DNA from: Gammaproteobacteria bacterium
GTDB taxonomy: Bacteria > Pseudomonadota > Gammaproteobacteria > Steroidobacterales > Foliamicaceae
Assembly (NCBI GenBank): GCA_011523505.1
Contig: WTGP01000008.1
Coordinates: forward strand, 140,345 to 204,344
Direction of reading: 5' to 3'
Length of the DNA: 64,000 bases
Under the pieces are notes generated by a model. That model was not told the origin of the DNA, ran no database searches, and was given only the letters and a program-made list of their open reading frames with translations. Shown one piece after another: positions 1 through 8,549 of the stretch (position 1 is its first letter; each line of letters opens with the position of its first letter). A program made the position numbers and the translations under genes.

Positions 1-1
1 A

Positions 2-1801
2 GGCCATGAGTTCGCCGAAGCCCCAGTCCATGTCGATTTCGCCGCGCGCCATCTGCAGCCGGTCCGCGACGACCTTTACCACCCGCGGGTGCAGATTGAC
101 CCCCTCGGGCACCGTTCCGAGTCGCTCGCCGAGGTCCGCGACCTGCTCCGGCGGGATGGCCGTATCGACTTCCACATCGGCATCGGCCTGCCGGTAGCTG
201 TCCCAATCGACGGTGAACTCGTTGCCGACCATGCCCATGGCCGCCTCCGGCAGCGGGTCGCCCGCGTCCAGCCGCCGGCGGTATTCGGCCTTGTCCGCCT
301 TCACCTGCGCTCTGGTGACCACGCCACCCTCGCAAAGACGGTCGGCGTACATCTCAAGGGTGGTGGGATGACCGCGAATGCGCTCGTACATGAGCGGCTG
401 CGTGGCGGCCGGTTCGTCGGCCTCGTTGTGTCCATGGCGGCGATAGCAAACGAGATCCACGAACACGTCCTTGTGGAAGGCCTGGCGGTATTCGAGCGCG
501 AGGCGGGTCGCGAACACGCAGGCCTCCGGCGAATCTCCATTCACATGGATTACAGGGGCCTCGATCATCTTGGCCACGTCGCTGCAGTACGGCGTGGAAC
601 GCGCGTCCTGCGGATCGCTGGTGGTAAAGCCGATCTGGTTGTTGACGATCAGGTGCACGGTGCCGCCGGTGGCGAAGGAGCGCGCCTGGGAGAGCTGCAG
701 CGTTTCCGTGACTACGCCCTGCCCGGCCACGGCGGCGTCGCCGTGGATCAGCACCGGAAGGATCTCGTCGCCCTCGCTGTCGCGCCGCCGGTCCATGCGC
801 GCGCGCACGGACCCCAGAACGACCGGGTTGACGATCTCCAGGTGCGAGGGATTGAACGCCAGCACCACGTGCACCATCCCCCCCGGCGTGGTTACGTCCG
901 ACGAAAAGCCCATGTGGTACTTGACGTCGCCGTACTTGCCCGACAGCGGCCCGGACTCGCCGGCGAACTCCGCGTAGAGCTCCTGTGGCGCCTTGCCCAG
1001 CACGTTCACGAGCACGTTGATGCGCCCGCGGTGGGCCATTCCGACCACGATTTCCTGCAGGCCCTTGGAACCGGCCTGCTGGATCAGGTCGTAGAGCATG
1101 GGAATGAGGCTGTCCCCGCCCTCCAGCGAGAAGCGCTTCTGGCCCACGTAGCGCGTATGCAGGTAACGCTCCAGGCCCTCGGCGGCGATCAGTTCGCGCA
1201 GGATTGCGCGCTTGACCGGGTCCGGCGGACGCCCCGCCAATTTCGCCGCTTCCACCCGGTCCCGCAGCCACAACCGCTCGCGGGCCCGCGACACGTGCGC
1301 CATCTCCACGCCGACGTCGCCGCAGTAGATCTGTTCCAGTTGTTCGATGATGGTCCGCAGCGGCAACTGGCGGCCCCCGGCGCCGCCGAATCGCCCGGTA
1401 TCGAACACGGTGTCCAGGTCCGCCTCGCTCAGGCCCGCGTATTCGAGCTTGGGGGCCTGGCTGCGCAGGTTGGGATTCAGATGCAGCGGATCGACGCGCG
1501 CGGCGCGATAGCCGCGCAGCCGATACAACTGGATGAGCCGCACCACCGCGCCCTGGCGCGAGGCGCCGGCGCGCACTGCGGGCGCCGCCCGGCCGTTGCT
1601 TCCGAGAGTCGCAACTACGCCGCCGTTCGGAAGGCGCGTCGGCAACGGCCGGCCGGCCTCGATGCTCTCGAACAGCTCGCGCCAGTGCGGCGCCACGTCG
1701 TCGGGATTGCTGCGCCAGGCGGAATAGAGTTCGAAGACATAAGGCGCGTTACTCGCAAAAAGCGGAGATTCCCGATACGCCCGTTCAATCGCGCCCGCCA
1801 T
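2..1801 (-). CDS. sucA: 2-oxoglutarate dehydrogenase E1 component (5' part; runs off the left edge)
   Basis: Not in the ORF track; translated manually from ATG at 1801 (alternative in-frame ATG at 1813): MAGAIERAYRESPLFASNAPYVFELYSAWRSNPDDVAPHW..., with SucA motifs GMAHRGRINVLVNVLGK, GDVKYHMG, FNPSHLE, IHGDAAVAGQG. Confidence 0.95.
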   Translation of the reverse strand, partial: MAGAIERAYRESPLFASNAPYVFELYSAWRSNPDDVAPHWRELFESIEAGRPLPTRLPNGGVVATLGSNGRAAPAVRAGASRQGAVVRLIQLYRLRGYRAARVDPLHLNPNLRSQAPKLEYAGLSEADLDTVFDTGRFGGAGGRQLPLRTIIEQLEQIYCGDVGVEMAHVSRARERLWLRDRVEAAKLAGRPPDPVKRAILRELIAAEGLERYLHTRYVGQKRFSLEGGDSLIPMLYDLIQQAGSKGLQEIVVGMAHRGRINVLVNVLGKAPQELYAEFAGESGPLSGKYGDVKYHMGFSSDVTTPGGMVHVVLAFNPSHLEIVNPVVLGSVRARMDRRRDSEGDEILPVLIHGDAAVAGQGVVTETLQLSQARSFATGGTVHLIVNNQIGFTTSDPQDARSTPYCSDVAKMIEAPVIHVNGDSPEACVFATRLALEYRQAFHKDVFVDLVCYRRHGHNEADEPAATQPLMYERIRGHPTTLEMYADRLCEGGVVTRAQVKADKAEYRRRLDAGDPLPEAAMGMVGNEFTVDWDSYRQADADVEVDTAIPPEQVADLGERLGTVPEGVNLHPRVVKVVADRLQMARGEIDMDWGFGELMA

Positions 1802-1855
1802 GTCAAATGGCATTTTATAGCGCCGGCGACTTCCGTAGGTGACAATACGCACCCC

Positions 1856-2596
1856 ATGAATGAACCGGGAATCAGCGTTGTGGCGCCGGCCTGCGACGAG
1901 GCGGAAAGCCTGCCGGAGCTGGTGCGCAGCGTGGCCACCGCCTTCTTCGCTTTCGATGCCTGGGAACTGATCGTCGTGGATGACGGCAGCCGCGACGATA
2001 GCGTGGAGGTGCTGGCCGGCCTGCAGAGCGAGCACGCACCGCTCAGGGTTGTGCGGCACTTGGACAACAGGGGCCAGAGCGCCGCGATGTGCACGGGTGC
2101 GGACGCCGCGCGATACGCCTGGCTCGGCTTTCTCGATGCCGACGGGCAGAACGATCCCGCCGACCTGGCGAAGCTGTATTCCGAAATGCTCGAGGCGGGC
2201 GACACGGCGCCCGGCATGATCATGGGCCACCGGCGGAAGCGCGAGGACGGCTGGTTGACGCGATATTCCTCGCGCATTGCCAATGCGGTGCGCGCGGGCT
2301 TGCTGCGCGATCGAACGCCGGACACCGGATGCAGCCTGAAAGTCCTGGCCCGCGACGACTTCCTGTCGCTGCCGCGGTTCGACCACATGCACCGTTTTCT
2401 GCCTGCCCTGCTGCTTCGTCAGGGCCTGCAAACCGTTTCCCGCCCGGTGGCCCACCATCCGCGGCGCGCCGGGCGCTCAAAATACGGCTTGGGGAACCGG
2501 CTGTGGGTGGGGATTGCCGACCTGCTGGGCGTCTGGTGGCTCGGCCGGCGGAGCTTCCGGCCCGGAACATGCGAGGAGATACGACACGATGACTGA
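1856..2596 (+). CDS. GT2 glycosyltransferase, polyprenyl-phosphate sugar synthase type (ArnC/DPM-like)
   Basis: C-terminal part of ORF 89..2596 from ATG 1856 (MNEPGISVVAPACDEAESL); motifs VVDDGSRD, NRGQSAA, FLDADGQNDP, DTGCSLK, HMHRFLP, HHPRRAGRSKYG. Confidence 0.9.
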   Translation: MNEPGISVVAPACDEAESLPELVRSVATAFFAFDAWELIVVDDGSRDDSVEVLAGLQSEHAPLRVVRHLDNRGQSAAMCTGADAARYAWLGFLDADGQNDPADLAKLYSEMLEAGDTAPGMIMGHRRKREDGWLTRYSSRIANAVRAGLLRDRTPDTGCSLKVLARDDFLSLPRFDHMHRFLPALLLRQGLQTVSRPVAHHPRRAGRSKYGLGNRLWVGIADLLGVWWLGRRSFRPGTCEEIRHDD

Positions 2597-2897
2597 ACTC
2601 ATTGAGCAGTGGCTGGCTCTGCCGACCGGCGACCTGATCTGGCTGGCGGTGGGGTTCGGCGGCCAGGCCATATTTGCGTCCCGGTTCCTCTACCAGTGGA
2701 TCGTCAGCGAACGCGCGGGCCGCAGCCATATCCCCCGGGCCTTCTGGTACCTGAGCCTGGCCGGCGGCCTCACGCTGCTCAGCTACGCCATCCATCGCGC
2801 CGATCCCGTTTTCATCCTGGGCCAGACGACCGGCTCCGTAATCTACATTCGCAACCTGGTCCTGCTGCACCGCCACGGCCAGCTTGAATCCACCTGA
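2589..2897 (+). CDS. Lipid A biosynthesis N-terminal (LAB_N) domain small membrane protein
   Basis: GFGGQAIFASRFLYQWIVSERAGRSHIPRAFWYLSLAGG...DPVFILGQ is the characteristic LAB_N pattern; ATG 2589 overlaps the GT2 3' end. Confidence 0.85.
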   Translation: MTELIEQWLALPTGDLIWLAVGFGGQAIFASRFLYQWIVSERAGRSHIPRAFWYLSLAGGLTLLSYAIHRADPVFILGQTTGSVIYIRNLVLLHRHGQLEST

Positions 2898-2900
2898 CGT

Positions 2901-4583
2901 TTGCGGTTCAGTAAAAACGAAATCTGGCTCGGCGCGGCAGCGCTGCTGACGCTCGCCGCCGGCCTGGGGCTGCGCGATCCCTGGGCGCCGGACGAACCCC
3001 GCTACGCGCTGATCGCCGCCGAAATGCTGCAATCGGGGGACTGGTCGGTGACCCGGCTGGGCGGCGTGATTTATGCGCAAAAGCCGCCGGTGTATTTCTG
3101 GTTGCTGGCCGCCGCCCAGGGGCTCGCAGGTCTCCGGCCCGGGTTCCTGTTGCCGTCGCTCCTGGCGGGACTGGGAACGCTGGCGCTTGTCTGGGACCTG
3201 GCCCGTCGGCTGTGGTCGCGCGAAACGGCATGGTGGGCGGCCCTGGGGCTGCTCGCCTGTCTGCAGTTCACGATGCAGGCCCGCAGCGCGCAAATCGACG
3301 CCGTCCTTTGCTTCTTGACGACGCTGAGCCTGTACGGGATGCTCCGGCACCTTCTGCTGGGGCCGGACTGGCGCTGGTTCAGCCTGGGCTGTCTCGCGGC
3401 CGGCGTGGGAGTAATGACCAAGGGCGTGGGCTTTCTGCCGCTGCTGGTGCTGTTGCCCTGGGCCGGAATGCGCTGGGCCGGCTGGAATGTGCCGCGGCTC
3501 GGCGGCGGTTCACGGTGGCTACTGGGACCGGTGTTTTTCTTCGCGCCGCTTGCTCTATGGCTGGTCCCGCTCTTGCTCAGGGCCCAGGGCGACCCTGAAA
3601 TTGCCGGCTACCTGGACAACCTGCTGTTCCGCCAGACCATTACCCGTTACGCGGACCCCTGGCATCACTTCCAGCCCTTCTGGTACTTCTTCGTGGAAGT
3701 CATTCCCTGGGCCTGGTTCCCGCTCGTTCTCCTTTCGCCCTGGCTTGCCGCGCGCTGGGCGCGCCGTTGGCGCGATCGCGACGCAAGCGTCGTGCTGCTT
3801 GCGGGCTGGATCGCGCTGGTGCTGCTGTTTTTCACGATCAGTTCCGCCAAACGCGACGTCTACCTGCTGCCTGCGGCGCCCGCGCTGGCGCTGCTTTCGG
3901 CGCCGCATCTGGCGGAACTCGCGGCCCGGCTGTCCTGCCGGCGCGTCCTGCGCGCCGCGGCGCTGCTGCTGTCGCTGGTCCTGGCAGCCGGTTCCGCCTG
4001 GCTGCTGTTCGTGGACGTGGAGCGGCTGGCCGAGCTTTCGGCAAGATACGAGACCGGCGCCGCTCCCCTCTGGACGCTGTTTGTCGCGGCGCTGGCCGGC
4101 GCCGTTCTCGCGCTGGCTATCCCTACCCGGCGGGCGGCGCCGATGTTTGCGGTATTCCTGCTACTCGGCTGGCACGTCTGGGGCTGGTCGCTGCAACCGC
4201 AGATCAACGACGCCCGCTCCGGAGGCCGCATCGCGGCCCGCACGCTGGACGCCATGCCCGGCTACGCTCCCCTGGGGGTGGCTCATTGGCGCGCCCAGCA
4301 GATACTGCATCTCGACCGGCCGGTCGTGCACTTCCAGGGCGCCGGCCTCACGGGAGAGGAAGAAATGGAACAGGCCGCCGCATGGCTCTCGATGGACGGC
4401 GAGCGCCGCCTCCTGGTGCCGGCCGAACACCGCCAACCGTGCTTTCACGCGAGCGGCGGATTGCGCCTCGGGCACGCCCACCGCCGCGAATGGGTGCTCT
4501 TGTCCTCCGAAGACCTGAGTGGCGCCTGCACCGCAAAGGCCGATCCCGCACACCGGGTGCGCCTTCCGGCGCTGCGCCCCTAG
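2901..4583 (+). CDS. ArnT/GT39-GT83-like polyprenyl-phosphate-sugar-dependent glycosyltransferase
   Basis: PWAPDEPRYALIAAEM, YAQKPPVYFWL, GVMTKGVG, FFTISSAKRDVYLLP motifs; many transmembrane segments; TTG start. Confidence 0.9.
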   Translation: MRFSKNEIWLGAAALLTLAAGLGLRDPWAPDEPRYALIAAEMLQSGDWSVTRLGGVIYAQKPPVYFWLLAAAQGLAGLRPGFLLPSLLAGLGTLALVWDLARRLWSRETAWWAALGLLACLQFTMQARSAQIDAVLCFLTTLSLYGMLRHLLLGPDWRWFSLGCLAAGVGVMTKGVGFLPLLVLLPWAGMRWAGWNVPRLGGGSRWLLGPVFFFAPLALWLVPLLLRAQGDPEIAGYLDNLLFRQTITRYADPWHHFQPFWYFFVEVIPWAWFPLVLLSPWLAARWARRWRDRDASVVLLAGWIALVLLFFTISSAKRDVYLLPAAPALALLSAPHLAELAARLSCRRVLRAAALLLSLVLAAGSAWLLFVDVERLAELSARYETGAAPLWTLFVAALAGAVLALAIPTRRAAPMFAVFLLLGWHVWGWSLQPQINDARSGGRIAARTLDAMPGYAPLGVAHWRAQQILHLDRPVVHFQGAGLTGEEEMEQAAAWLSMDGERRLLVPAEHRQPCFHASGGLRLGHAHRREWVLLSSEDLSGACTAKADPAHRVRLPALRP

Positions 4584-4601
4584 TGTCGCGTCAGGCCGCG
4601 G

Positions 4602-5579
4602 TTATTCGGAATACTCCCGGAACCAGCGGACAAACTCCGCGAGACCGTCTTCCAGGCCGACTCTCGGCTCGAACCCGAAATCCCGGCGCATCGCCGACAT
4701 GTCGGGAAGCGTCACACGCATTTCTCCGGGAGGTTCCGGCGCGAACTCGATCTCCGCTTCAACGCCCATAGTCCGGCCCAGCATCCGGATGAAATCCAGC
4801 AACTCCACGTCTTGTTCGGAACCGAGGTTATAAAGCGCCGCAGGCGGCTGCCCGGATGGCGGGCCCGCCTTCAGGATGGCAAGCGTTCCCCGCACGGCGT
4901 CGTCGATAAAGGTGAAGGCGCGCCGCTGCTTACCGTCGCCGAACACTTGCACGGGCTTCCCGCCGGCGAGCCTCTTCGCAAACGAAATCGCGGCCATGTC
5001 CGGCCGTCCCCAGGGACCGTAAACCGTGAAGTAGCGGATTCCGGTACTGGGCAGCCCATGAATGCGCGCGTACGAATAGGCCAGCAATTCGCCCGCGCGC
5101 TTCGTGGCCGCATAGACGCTCCTGGGACGATCGGCAGCGTCTTCTTCGGAAAAAGGCGTCTCTTCGGAATCGCCATACACCGACGAGGATGAGGCGTATA
5201 GCAGATGCTCCACACCGTGCCGCACACAGCACTCCAGCAGCACGGTCAGCCCGGTCACGTTGCTCGCTATGTATTGCTCCGGCGCTTCGATCGAATAGCG
5301 CACTCCGGCCTGCGCAGCCAGATGTAGAACCTGCAGGAATTCATGCGCCTCGAACAGGGCCTGCACGCCGCTTCCGTCCGCCAGGTCCAGCTTGTGAAAC
5401 GTAAATCCGTCATGCTGCCGCAAGCGGTCAAGGCGGGACCGTTTTAGCGCCAGATTGTAGTACGCATTCAGATTGTCCAGCCCGACAACCTCCCGGCCAG
5501 CACACAGCAGCGCCTGTGCGACCGCGTGACCGACAAAACCGGCCGCTCCAGTTACCAGGATTGGTGATTCGATATGCGT
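4602..5579 (-). CDS. NAD-dependent epimerase, UDP-glucuronate 4-epimerase-like (start codon non-canonical or mutated)
   Basis: The frame extends upstream of the tracked ORF to ILVTGAAGFVGHAV...VVGLDNLNAYY; also HLAAQAGVRYS, YASSSSVYG, YAATK, RYFTVYGPWGRPDMA. No ATG/GTG/TTG lies between the in-frame TAG at 5598-5600 and the Rossmann motif; the 5' end given (ACG 5579) is a guess. Confidence 0.85.
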   Translation of the reverse strand, partial: THIESPILVTGAAGFVGHAVAQALLCAGREVVGLDNLNAYYNLALKRSRLDRLRQHDGFTFHKLDLADGSGVQALFEAHEFLQVLHLAAQAGVRYSIEAPEQYIASNVTGLTVLLECCVRHGVEHLLYASSSSVYGDSEETPFSEEDAADRPRSVYAATKRAGELLAYSYARIHGLPSTGIRYFTVYGPWGRPDMAAISFAKRLAGGKPVQVFGDGKQRRAFTFIDDAVRGTLAILKAGPPSGQPPAALYNLGSEQDVELLDFIRMLGRTMGVEAEIEFAPEPPGEMRVTLPDMSAMRRDFGFEPRVGLEDGLAEFVRWFREYSE

Positions 5580-5597
5580 TTCTGCGGTAGCGTATTG

Positions 5598-5789
5598 CTA
5601 TTGCGACGCCATGTCAGGCGTTTCACGGTTGGCCGTAAGAATGCCTTCGATACGCGCTACGCGTTCGGCAACATGCGCGATCTTTTCGGCCAGCCGATCA
5701 AGTCGGTTGCCGGTTCGCAATTGCAGAGGCAGGACAACGGCAAGGACCGCGCCCGCCGTTCCGACTATGGTGATCAGTTCCTCAATCAT
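5598..5789 (-). CDS. 63-aa hypothetical microprotein (N-terminal TM helix plus short coiled coil)
   Basis: ATG 5789 preceded by GGGAGAG; MIEELITIVGTAGAVLAVVLPLQLRTGNRLDRLAEKIAHVAERVARIEGIL... Confidence 0.6.
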   Translation of the reverse strand: MIEELITIVGTAGAVLAVVLPLQLRTGNRLDRLAEKIAHVAERVARIEGILTANRETPDMASQ

Positions 5790-5878
5790 GGGGCTCTCCC
5801 TGTTCCCGTTTCCTGTTGGCGATTCTGTACGATGGCAGTGAAAAAGACAATGCGGAAATCGCAGACTGAACACACCAT

Positions 5879-7201
5879 TTACGTCGAGGCGCGGACTTCC
5901 TTGGCGGACATGCCCGGGGCGCGCACCAGCACGACCAGCGCAGCGATGACCACAAGGAAGTTGATGATGCCCATCATCGCAAACGGCGCGCCCCTGCCGA
6001 TCTTGTCGAACACGATTCCTCCGAAGTAGCCCGTACAGAGGATCGAGAACGCGCCCACCAGACCGAACACGCCCACCACCGCGCCCCGCCGCTCCTTCGG
6101 CGCCTCCTGGCCGAGAAGCGCGCCGCCTGACACCAGCGCCGCGATCTCGCCGATGCCCACGGCCACACTGGCCAGCAGTGCTGCGGTAACGAACGGGTCC
6201 TTGGCCAGGTACATGGCGAAATAGGCCACCCCGGCCACGCTGAAACCGAAGACCACGGTAACCACCCGATTCAGGCGGTCGGCAATAAATCCCATGACGG
6301 GCGACCAGAGGACGCTGGTTCCGAACACCAGCGCTAACATGATGCCCGCCCGTCGCATGCCCTCGACGCTGGTCAGCCCCACATCGTTGCCGTGTTGCAC
6401 CACCCAGAGCGGAAGAAATATACCTACCGCCACGAGGTCGCCCCGCGAGGCGAAGGAAGTCATGAAAGCGAGGGCGATACGGGGGTTCTTGGCGGCCTCG
6501 GAAAAACCCTTGGCCACCTTGGTCCGGAGGGACTCCTGCGGCTGATTTTGCGCAACCTGTCCGGAGCGCCACGACAGCCGGATCATCAGCGCGACGAACA
6601 GCGCGAACCCGACCATCAGCCAGCATGTGTAGATGCCCGCGTCGGCCGGGCTGATTCCCAGCTCCGTGAGGTAGCCGGGCAGATTGCCGATATTGCGGGA
6701 CATCACCACCATGCCCACGGCCGTCATGATGCTTCCGATCCCGAGCAGCAATCCGCGTGAACGGTTGGCGGGCAGGTCCTGCAGCGATGTCCCGTACATG
6801 ACCGGGACAATCGCGGCGCCAATGGCGAAAACTGCCCGGTAGGAAAATATCTGGAATTCACTCTGTGCCAGCGGGTAGATCAGCAGGCCCAGGGCCACGA
6901 AGCCCAGTCCGATGACCATGATGATGCGGCGGCCGTAATTGTCTGAAGACGCACCCACAATGCCCATCAGCAGCAGGACCACGACCTCCTGCATGGCGGC
7001 CAGGTTCCCTGTCAGTCGCCCCTGGACCTCTTGGGCAATTCCAAATACTTCCGTCAAAAGGTAGGGCTGGATGAATCCGATGAATCCCAGCAGCGGTATG
7101 ACCGTGAGCCCGGCAAACATCACGCCGCCGGCGTTGAGCCACGTGTATCCCAACGTAAGAGTCAGCGGACCGATTCGCCGGGGTTCGCTCATTTCACTCA
7201 T
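5879..7201 (-). CDS. MFS transporter
   Basis: About 12 hydrophobic segments; MFS motif A-like GASSDNYGRR and GFIADRLNR; paralogue of the next gene. Confidence 0.9.
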   Translation of the reverse strand: MSEMSEPRRIGPLTLTLGYTWLNAGGVMFAGLTVIPLLGFIGFIQPYLLTEVFGIAQEVQGRLTGNLAAMQEVVVLLLMGIVGASSDNYGRRIIMVIGLGFVALGLLIYPLAQSEFQIFSYRAVFAIGAAIVPVMYGTSLQDLPANRSRGLLLGIGSIMTAVGMVVMSRNIGNLPGYLTELGISPADAGIYTCWLMVGFALFVALMIRLSWRSGQVAQNQPQESLRTKVAKGFSEAAKNPRIALAFMTSFASRGDLVAVGIFLPLWVVQHGNDVGLTSVEGMRRAGIMLALVFGTSVLWSPVMGFIADRLNRVVTVVFGFSVAGVAYFAMYLAKDPFVTAALLASVAVGIGEIAALVSGGALLGQEAPKERRGAVVGVFGLVGAFSILCTGYFGGIVFDKIGRGAPFAMMGIINFLVVIAALVVLVRAPGMSAKEVRAST

Positions 7202-7210
7202 GGCGCGCGC

Positions 7211-8524
7211 TCAGGTCGAGGTGCGGACTTCCCTCGCCGACATCCCCGGTGCGCGGATCAGCACGTACAGGGCGACCAGCGCCACGATGAGGTTCACTAT
7301 GCCCATCATGACGAACGGCGCCACGCGGCTGATCATGTCGAAGACGATACCGCCGAAGTAGTTGGTGCAAAGGATGGATGTCGCACCGATGAGACCGAAC
7401 ACGCCGACCACCGCGCCACGTCTCGCCTTCGGCGCCTCCTGCCCCAGCAGCGCGTTGCCGGTGATGATGACGGAAATCTCGCCTATGCCCAGGAATACAC
7501 ACGCAACCAGCGCGATGTTCAGGTACGGATCCTCGACCATCGCCATGCCCAGGTATGCGGCGCCGGCAACCGCAAACGCAATGCATACCGCGAGAACGCG
7601 GTTGACGCGATCGACAAACCAGCCGATAAAAACAGCCACCAGGAGCCCGACACCGTTAATCGCCGCAATCATGATGCCGGCCCTTCTCGTGCCCCCGCCG
7701 GTGCTCAGGCCTGCGTCCCAGCCGATCTGCTCCACCCAAAGCGGCAGGAAAGTGATTACCACAACGAGGTCGCCCCTGGAAGCGAACGAAGTCAGGTATG
7801 AAAGTGCGATTCGGGGATTCCGAATTGCTTCGGAGAAACCCAGCCCCAGGTTTCGCCAGACAGGCTTGCGAGGCTCGCTTGCCGCCACGCGGCCGGGACG
7901 CCAGGTCAGCCAAACCATCGTCGCGGCGACGGCAGCGAAAGCGACCATGCACCAGCAAGTGTAGATTCCAGCTTCCGCGGGAGTGAAGCCGCGCCCAACC
8001 AGGTACAGGGGCAGTCTGCCAACCGTAAGAGCCATCAAGATGATGCCTCCTCCCGTGGCAATGCTGCCGAGCCCGATGAACCGGCCGCGAGAACGGTTAG
8101 CCGGCGTGTCCTGCATCGAAGCTCCGTACATGATTGGAGCCGTTGCGGCGCCTAGCGCGAATACCGCCCGGTATCCGTAAAGCTGCAGTTCATTCTCGGC
8201 AAGCGGGTAGACCAGAAGACCGAGGCCCACCAGGCAAAGCCCCACGACCATGAGCACGCGCCGGCCGAAATTGTCGGACGCCGCCCCCACCACCCCCATC
8301 AGCGTGATCACGATCACTTCCTGCAGCACTCCCAGATTGCCCGTCATCCGCCCGTGAAAATCGGGGTCGATCTGAAACACTTCCCTGAGGAGAGTCGGCA
8401 TGATCAGGCCCATGAAGGCCAGCAATGGGATGATCGAAAACCCTCCCAGCAGCACACCGAACGCGTTCAGCCGCGTGTAGCCTTCCGCAAGGACGATCGG
8501 ACCGAATTTTTTCGGCACGCTCAC
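7211..8524 (-). CDS. MFS transporter (tandem paralogue of 5879..7201)
   Basis: GAASDNFGRR, GWFVDRVNR; shares TSFASRGDL and GQEAPK.RRGAVVGVFGL with the neighbour; GTG 8524 chosen because the tracked start overlaps the upstream gene. Confidence 0.9.
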   Translation of the reverse strand: MSVPKKFGPIVLAEGYTRLNAFGVLLGGFSIIPLLAFMGLIMPTLLREVFQIDPDFHGRMTGNLGVLQEVIVITLMGVVGAASDNFGRRVLMVVGLCLVGLGLLVYPLAENELQLYGYRAVFALGAATAPIMYGASMQDTPANRSRGRFIGLGSIATGGGIILMALTVGRLPLYLVGRGFTPAEAGIYTCWCMVAFAAVAATMVWLTWRPGRVAASEPRKPVWRNLGLGFSEAIRNPRIALSYLTSFASRGDLVVVITFLPLWVEQIGWDAGLSTGGGTRRAGIMIAAINGVGLLVAVFIGWFVDRVNRVLAVCIAFAVAGAAYLGMAMVEDPYLNIALVACVFLGIGEISVIITGNALLGQEAPKARRGAVVGVFGLIGATSILCTNYFGGIVFDMISRVAPFVMMGIVNLIVALVALYVLIRAPGMSAREVRTST

Positions 8525-8549
8525 GGGCGCGCTCGGGCGCTTGCCGGAA

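Noticed and set aside
89-1855. N-terminal ~590 aa of the 835-aa ORF 89..2596
   Set aside because: It is the antisense shadow of sucA; only the part from ATG 1856 has glycosyltransferase motifs, so this is not a fusion.
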